Shown here in pieces: positions 26,373 to 32,000 of a DNA stretch of 32,000 nucleotides. A program made the position numbers and the translations under genes. This DNA comes from Sinorhizobium meliloti (lineage in GTDB: Bacteria; Pseudomonadota; Alphaproteobacteria; Rhizobiales; Rhizobiaceae). The stretch's first letter is position 1. The number at the start of each line of letters is the position of its first letter. A model generated the notes under the pieces. That model was not told where the DNA came from and searched no databases. It saw only the letters and a list, made by a program, of their open reading frames with translations. The stretch is taken from contig NZ_JAGIOS010000003.1 of the NCBI RefSeq assembly GCF_017876815.1, forward strand, positions 240,001 to 272,000, written 5' to 3'.

Positions 26373-27448
26373 GAACTGGTATCGGTTCGGGCGCTCAGGA
26401 CAGGGTAATCGATGTAACCCTTTGCAGCCCCACCGTAGAAGGTTTTGGGATCTGACTCGTTCATCGCCGCATCAGCCTTCAGTCGCGCGACGAAGTCCGG
26501 ATTGGCGAGAACCATCTGACCAAAGGGTTCGAGATCGGCCAGTCCGGAGGCCACGTCTGCGCCGATCTGGCCGCGCGGACGACCCGGCCGGTTGAGGATC
26601 AGCGGCTGGCGCCAGAGCTTGCGGATATCGGCAAGCAACGGCTCGTTACTCTGGTGCAAGATGTGCACATAGGCGAGCCCGAGCTTGTCGAGTTCGGCGA
26701 CGAGATAGCGGTAGAGGTCCGGCCCCTCGGCGCCTTCGTCGATCCCCCACAACGCCGTGCCGGGGGACAGTCGGATTGCGGTTCTGTCCGCACCGACCTC
26801 CTCGGCGATCGCCGTGGCCACCTCAATGGCGAAGCGGGCGCGGTTCTCGATGGAACCGCCATATTCGTCCGTGCGCGTGTTGGCACTCGGCGCGAAGAAT
26901 TGCTGGACGAGGTAGGCGTTTGCGCCGTGAATCTCGATACCGTCGGCGCCGGCCTCGATCGCCGAGCGGGCCGCGTGGCTGAATTCGGCGACGGTCCGGC
27001 GCACTTCTTCGGTCGTCAGCGCGCGCGGCGTGGGAATGTCCTGCATCCCTGTCGCGGTGAACATGCCCGCTCCCGGCGCGATCGCGGACGGTGCGACACC
27101 CTGGCGATGATGCGGCGTGTTGTCGGGATGCGACATACGCCCGGCGTGCATCAGCTGAATGAAGATGTGGCCGCCTTTGTCGTGCACAGCGGACGTGATC
27201 TTCCGCCAGCCGGCGATGTGAGCAGGCGTGTAGATGCCCGGTGTGGTGAGATAGCCCTGGCCGTCATCCGAGGGCTGGGTGCCTTCAGTGACGATCAGGC
27301 CGAGGCGGGCGCGCTGGACATAATATTCGGTAGCCAGCTCTCCTGGCGTACCATCGAAGGCGGCGCGGCTGCGGGTCATGGGTGCCATGACCAACCGGTT
27401 GGGAAGCATGTAGCGGCCGACGCGGACAGAGGTGAACATGGGATTCAT
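26369..27448 (-). CDS. Old Yellow Enzyme family NADH:flavin oxidoreductase (alkene reductase)
   Basis: The motifs are MNPMFTSVRVGRYMLPNRLVMAPMTRSRA, HIFIQLMHAGR and GADGIEIHGANAYLVQQF. GGAG precedes ATG at 27448. An alternative in-frame ATG lies at 27460. Confidence 0.9.
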   Translation of the reverse strand: MNPMFTSVRVGRYMLPNRLVMAPMTRSRAAFDGTPGELATEYYVQRARLGLIVTEGTQPSDDGQGYLTTPGIYTPAHIAGWRKITSAVHDKGGHIFIQLMHAGRMSHPDNTPHHRQGVAPSAIAPGAGMFTATGMQDIPTPRALTTEEVRRTVAEFSHAARSAIEAGADGIEIHGANAYLVQQFFAPSANTRTDEYGGSIENRARFAIEVATAIAEEVGADRTAIRLSPGTALWGIDEGAEGPDLYRYLVAELDKLGLAYVHILHQSNEPLLADIRKLWRQPLILNRPGRPRGQIGADVASGLADLEPFGQMVLANPDFVARLKADAAMNESDPKTFYGGAAKGYIDYPVLSARTDTSS

Positions 27449-27543
27449 CGGGATCTCCATTTGCTAGAGCCCTTGTCCACTATTCCAATTTAAGGATAAA
27501 TCCGGCAAAGTTGAAATCAGTTTTCCATCTATGGCGCAGTCAC

Positions 27544-28419
27544 ATGAGACATTTGAACGACATGGCACTATTCGTGGAGGTCGCCAGAGCCAGAAGCTTT
27601 CGGAAGGCTGCGGAGGCTCTCGGAATGCCAAACTCCACCCTGTCGCGACGTGTCAGCGAATTGGAGAAGGCGATCGGTTTGAGGCTCCTTCACCGCACGA
27701 CACGCAAGATAGAGCTCACCGAGGCCGGTCAGCTCTATTATGAACGAAGCAAGCGGATCGTCGACGAGGCTCGGCTCGCGCACGAACAGCTCGGCGCGAT
27801 GCTTAACCAGCCCAGCGGTGTCCTCCGGGTTTCGCTCCCGGTCGATCTCGCTACCTTTTACCTTACGCCGATCATCGGCGAGTTCGCACGGCACTATCCC
27901 GGCATCACGTTCGAATTTGATCTGACCCCGCGCCGGGTCGATCTGGTCGCCGAGCCATTCGATGTGGCGATCCGCATAGGCAAACTCGAAGATTCCGGTC
28001 TGATCACTCGCCTGATCGGGCGGCATTCGCGTCACCTCTATGCTTCTCCTGGCTACATCGAGGCGTCCGGCGAGCCCGCCACACCGGCGGAACTGGCTGA
28101 ACATGAATGCATCGGCATGCTGCGAAGCCCGATCTGGAGTTTGCACCAGGGGATAAACAAGGTCGATGTCGCCGTTCGCGGCCGCTTCACGCTCAACAGC
28201 GTCGGGATGATCCGTGCCCTGGCCGTCAACCACCAGGGTATCGCCCTGCTCCCCGAGAAGATCGTTGCTGAGGACGTGGCATTCGGCCGTCTCCGACGCA
28301 TTCTGCCCGAGTGGCAGGGCTCGGCGGTCAGCATTTTCGCCGTCACCGAAACACGCCTCATTCCGGCCAAGACCCAGCGTTTCATCGAATTCCTGTCCTC
28401 AAGGTTAATGGAAGCTTGA
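27544..28419 (+). CDS. LysR family transcriptional regulator
   Basis: The HTH is MRHLNDMALFVEVARARSFRKAAEALGMPNSTLSRRVSELEKAIGLRLLHRTTRKIELTEAG. It is divergent from the OYE/NmrA pair. The TTG start at 27511 in the ORF track is probably an extension. Confidence 0.9.
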   Translation: MRHLNDMALFVEVARARSFRKAAEALGMPNSTLSRRVSELEKAIGLRLLHRTTRKIELTEAGQLYYERSKRIVDEARLAHEQLGAMLNQPSGVLRVSLPVDLATFYLTPIIGEFARHYPGITFEFDLTPRRVDLVAEPFDVAIRIGKLEDSGLITRLIGRHSRHLYASPGYIEASGEPATPAELAEHECIGMLRSPIWSLHQGINKVDVAVRGRFTLNSVGMIRALAVNHQGIALLPEKIVAEDVAFGRLRRILPEWQGSAVSIFAVTETRLIPAKTQRFIEFLSSRLMEA

Positions 28420-28698
28420 ACATGCTGGAGGCTCTTATGCACGCGGGATCGGCAACGGCGCCGTCGGAACCACCAACACCTACAACCAATTGCTGCAATA
28501 TCAGCGGAGCCGATGCTCCATTTTGGCGACGTCGGCCCGCGGCCGGTGCGATGCGCCTACAATCGGCAGCAGTTAGGAGTAGAACGCCGTCCGCCGTCTG
28601 GCTGGTCATCGCCATTGGTCAGAACTGACTTCTCAGAACGACCGCCTCGGGGAGACAAGCCTGTCCAAGGCGCGGGAATAACTGAAGGTCCTACAAGG

Positions 28699-30453
28699 CT
28701 ACTCGGACGTGAGGCGGGATTCGCTATCGCTAGGGGTGGTGGTGTCAGGTGCATTGATATTGCTCAAGATATGTTCCGAGATGCTCCGAGCAATCTCCTT
28801 CTCGCCCATTATGATCAGATTTGCGCCCAATCTCTTTAAGTACTCGACCTCGGCATCGGAATGGGCGCGAGCGATAATCTCTAACTTCGGATTGGTGGCG
28901 CGGGCGTGTTCGATGAAATTGCCACTCTCGAATGGATTCGGAATAGCGCTGATCAACCACTTAGCCGAGTTAACGTTGGCGGCCTCGAGTAGCCCTGGCT
29001 GAGCGGCGTTCCCTGAAATGACGTCAACGCCGCCGGCGCGTAGTTGATCAGCAACCACTTGCCGTTCCTCGACGATCAGGTATGGCTGCCCTGCGTTCTG
29101 CAATGTCTCGGCGACCAAGCGTCCCACGCGTCCATAGCCGACAAGGATTGCATGGTCAGTAAGGCTGGTAGTTGTCAGTTTGGGTGTGATGTCGATCCGG
29201 CCTTCTTCTTCCGTCCTGACTGGCGCCCGATTTTCGAGCCGTGGCATCAGCCGATCCAATCCGGCAAATAAAAGCGGATTGATGAGGATCGAAAGGATCG
29301 CTCCGGCAAGTACCAGGTCACGTCCCGTCTCTGGAAGGAGATTAAGTTCAACACCTAACCCCGCAAGGATAAAGGAGAACTCGCCTATTTGTGCCAGGCT
29401 CAGGCCGAGTGTCACGGCTATGGGCAAAGAATAGCCGAACATGACCGCGATGGCGGATGCGGCTGCAGCATTGCCAATTACGATGATCAGGAATGTTGCA
29501 GCGACGAGCAGCGGTTGCTCAACCAAAATCATGGGGTTGAACAACATGCCTACGGAGACAAAGAAGAGCACGGCAAATGCGTCGCGCAACGGAAGCGTCT
29601 CCTGAGCGGCCCTTTGGCTCAACTGCGATTCGGCGAGAATCATTCCCGCAAAAAAGGCGCCGAGAGCGAATGAGACCCCGAAGAGTTCCGCGGCCCCGAA
29701 AGCCACTCCGAGGGCAATCGCGAGCACGGCTAAACGGAAAAGTTCTCGCGAGCCCGTATGAGCTACGTAGTGAAGAATCGCGGGAATGACACGCCGGCCG
29801 ACGATTGCCATGAGCGCAAAGAAGGCGGCGAGCTTGGCCAACGTAAGTCCGAGCGCACCCGAAATCGTATGCGGCTCAAAAAATGTTAGCATTCCGCTGT
29901 TTTCTGGTTCCGCCCGGTTCGCAGTACCGCCGAGGACATCGGCGAAGGCTGGCAACAATACGAGCGCGAGGATCATGGCGACGTCCTCGACGACGAGCCA
30001 TCCGACGGCAATACGCCCTCCATCGGTTTCCAGTTGTCGCTTCTCCTGCAAAGCTCGGAGAACCACAACCGTGCTCGCCACTGACAGGGCCAATCCAAAC
30101 ACGAGGCCAGCTCCGATCGGCCATCCGATCGCCTGCGTGACGATGAATCCAAGCGATGTCACCAGAGCCATTTGACCGAAGGCCCCGGGAACCGCGATCG
30201 TCCGTACCGAAAGTAGATCGTGCAAGGAGAAATGTAAGCCTATGCCAAACATCAACAGGATTACACCGAGCTCGGCGAGTTGGCGCGCCAGCGCTTGGTC
30301 TGCAACAAAGCCGGGCGTGAACGGACCAATCAAGACACCTGCCAAGAGATAACCGACTAGCGGCGACAGGCGAAGTCGGTTCGCCAGCGTGCCGAGAATG
30401 AAGGCAAGCCCAAGGCCGGCAACAAGGGTAGCGATAAGTGGCGTGTGGGGCAT
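28699..30453 (-). CDS. CPA2 family monovalent cation:proton antiporter with a C-terminal RCK/TrkA-N domain (KefB/YbaL-like)
   Basis: 584 aa. The N-terminus is MPHTPLIATLVAGLGLAFILGTLANRLRLSPLVGYLLAGVLIGP, followed by a Na_H exchanger membrane domain and then HAILVGYGRVGRLVAETL, a Rossmann-type RCK domain. Confidence 0.9.
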   Translation of the reverse strand: MPHTPLIATLVAGLGLAFILGTLANRLRLSPLVGYLLAGVLIGPFTPGFVADQALARQLAELGVILLMFGIGLHFSLHDLLSVRTIAVPGAFGQMALVTSLGFIVTQAIGWPIGAGLVFGLALSVASTVVVLRALQEKRQLETDGGRIAVGWLVVEDVAMILALVLLPAFADVLGGTANRAEPENSGMLTFFEPHTISGALGLTLAKLAAFFALMAIVGRRVIPAILHYVAHTGSRELFRLAVLAIALGVAFGAAELFGVSFALGAFFAGMILAESQLSQRAAQETLPLRDAFAVLFFVSVGMLFNPMILVEQPLLVAATFLIIVIGNAAAASAIAVMFGYSLPIAVTLGLSLAQIGEFSFILAGLGVELNLLPETGRDLVLAGAILSILINPLLFAGLDRLMPRLENRAPVRTEEEGRIDITPKLTTTSLTDHAILVGYGRVGRLVAETLQNAGQPYLIVEERQVVADQLRAGGVDVISGNAAQPGLLEAANVNSAKWLISAIPNPFESGNFIEHARATNPKLEIIARAHSDAEVEYLKRLGANLIIMGEKEIARSISEHILSNINAPDTTTPSDSESRLTSE

Positions 30454-30647
30454 TTCTCCCGATCCGGTCGGATTTCATTCAGAGGCCAAGTGCTGCACGA
30501 ACCTAGAAATAGTGGACTACCACGTGGATGTCTCGATACCTTTCGCCACAAATATAGGATGCTGGCGTCGAGCGTCGTTGTATGACAATTTCTCGGGTGT
30601 GTGGGTCTCGCACAGAAGCCATGCTGACCAATGGACAGGAGATCGCC

Positions 30648-31364
30648 ATGACTTCCATACTGAAGAGCACCGGCGCAGTTGCTTTGCTCCTACTGTACAC
30701 CCTCACCGCCAATGCCACTTCGCTCATGATTTCGCCATCCTCCATCGAGCGTGTTGCACCGGATCGAGCAGCGGTTTTCCACCTCAGAAACCAGATGGAC
30801 CGGCCGATTAGCATAAAGGTGCGGGTCTTCCGTTGGAGCCAAAAAGGCGGGGTAGAGAAACTGGAGCCGACTGGCGACGTGGTCGCAAGCCCGATATCAG
30901 CGCAGCTGTCGCCGAACGGCAACCGCGCCGTCCGCGTGGTCCGCGTCAGCAAGGAACCGCTACGCTCTGAGGAGGGCTACCGAGTGGTGATCGATGAGGC
31001 TGATCCAACACGGAACACGCCCGAGGCCGAAAGCCTTTCAGCCCGACACGTTCTGCCAGTCCTTTTCCGTCCGCCGGACGTCCTTGGGCCGGAGATTGAA
31101 TTGAGTCTAACGCGCTCCGATGGCTGGCTTATGCTCGTGGTCGAAAATAAGGGGGCGAGCAGGCTGAGACTGTCCGATGTGACGCTGGCGCAGGGCAGTG
31201 CAGTCATTGCCCGCCGAGAAGGGTTTGTCGGTTATGTGCTGCCAGGCCTGACGCGGCACTGGCGAGTTGGCAGAGAAGACAGTTATTCTGGTGGCATTGT
31301 TACTGTTTCAGCGAATAGCAGCGGCGGCGCGATCGGCGAACAGCTTGTGGTGAGCGGTCGCTAG
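30648..31364 (+). CDS. PapD-like periplasmic pilus/fimbrial chaperone (Csu/SCPU-type cluster chaperone)
   Basis: AGGAG is followed by ATG at 30648. The signal peptide is MTSILKSTGAVALLLLYTLTANA. ISPSSIERVAPDRAAVFHLRNQMDRPISIKVRVFRWSQ....LEPTGDVVASPISAQLSPNGNRAVRVV matches the chaperone N-domain pattern L.V.P......L.N......R.F.W.Q....T.D.V.SPP...L.PG..Q.VR. Confidence 0.75.
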   Translation: MTSILKSTGAVALLLLYTLTANATSLMISPSSIERVAPDRAAVFHLRNQMDRPISIKVRVFRWSQKGGVEKLEPTGDVVASPISAQLSPNGNRAVRVVRVSKEPLRSEEGYRVVIDEADPTRNTPEAESLSARHVLPVLFRPPDVLGPEIELSLTRSDGWLMLVVENKGASRLRLSDVTLAQGSAVIARREGFVGYVLPGLTRHWRVGREDSYSGGIVTVSANSSGGAIGEQLVVSGR

Positions 31365-31975
31365 GGCTCTCGCATAGGTTCCTCCCCGGACATTCGAAAT
31401 ACGCCGGTGTCCCACTGTTGACAGGACTTGCGCGTTGAACGATCCGGATCAACGCCGCACACTTCGCATGATCTTCGCCGGCCGAGTCAAAATTTCGGCC
31501 TCATCAAACTGTGAGGCTTTCTGCGTTAGCTACGACCGGATCGCCGGCCTCTGACATTGCGGCTGTTTCTTCACGGACAATGAATTGGCGCCAACCGGTC
31601 ACACCACCCTGCCGCTCTACTGAGCGCTCATAGAGTGCACTCTCCATCCCGGCCGGAATGCCCGCAGGATTGCCATAGGCTTGCGCCCAGGCTGATATGA
31701 TCTCATCGGTGGCAGCAGCAGCGCCGACCTTGTAGTAACGACACTTGAGGCGTGCGGCTGCGACAGGGCTCTACCAGGCCAGAGTACATAAAGTATGATG
31801 AATCATTGGGCCCCTAATTTCTTATTGCTTCTGCAAGACTACTGGGTAAGATCCTTTCTGCAGCGGCACATCTTTCCTGAATTGCCCTTAGAACTTTCTG
31901 TATTGGCGAGGGGGAAGAAATATTGCGGTGTCGATGCTTGATGTTGCATGAGAATACAGTTTGAACATTGATTGA

Positions 31976-31998
31976 GCCCGGATCGCAAAGGTCCGGGC
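31976..31998 (+). terminator. Stem-loop at the window edge
   Basis: GCCCGGA (31976-31982) pairs with TCCGGGC (31992-31998) across a 9-nt loop and is followed by TT at the window end. The context is truncated. Confidence 0.2.
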
Positions 31999-32000
31999 TT

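Noticed and set aside
1-32000. CRISPR arrays, tandem repeats, rRNA, intact tRNA, IS elements or transposases, integrases, and defence-system hallmarks (reverse transcriptase, large nucleases or helicases).
   Set aside because: I scanned by eye on both strands and through the ORF track and saw none. The only mobile-element signals are the eroded vapBC pair, the tRNA-like scar and the gene fragments.

Overview
This is a high-GC window that looks alphaproteobacterial or Rhizobiales-like. That judgement is an inference from protein families and codon style, not a search result. It reads as an accessory or plasmid-type region made of intact transport and redox modules separated by decayed genes.

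Gene order, left to right:
- The 3' end of an RND adaptor gene and a complete RND permease.
- A GNAT acetyltransferase flanked by two short paralogous, coding-like segments.
- A GntR regulator, flavin reductase and Asp/Glu/hydantoin racemase unit. It is divergent from a five-gene family-5 (NikA/DppA-like) ABC importer.
- About 0.9 kb of gene fragments: CorC/TlyC pieces in opposite orientations and an MFS tail.
- A Ni/Co-type resistance operon: an RcnR/DmeR-like repressor, an NreB-like MFS with a His-rich tail, a frameshifted yqaA-like gene and a NicO-family permease. A candidate operator and a divergent His-rich ORF sit upstream.
- A visibly AT-richer stretch of about 2.5 kb with small membrane ORFs, a decayed vapBC pair and a tRNA T-arm-like scar.
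- Three LysR-controlled redox modules: NTF2-like plus SDR, DUF924, and OYE plus NmrA-like.
- A CPA2 K+/H+ antiporter.
- An orphan PapD-like pilus chaperone.

I saw no CRISPR array, rRNA, intact tRNA, intact transposase or integrase. I cannot support a clear, wholly new multi-gene system. The items most worth follow-up are the nickel import and export neighbourhood, the racemase-coupled NikA-like importer, and the unusual density of decayed genes and rearrangement scars. All family assignments come from motif recognition by eye and need HMM or BLAST confirmation.
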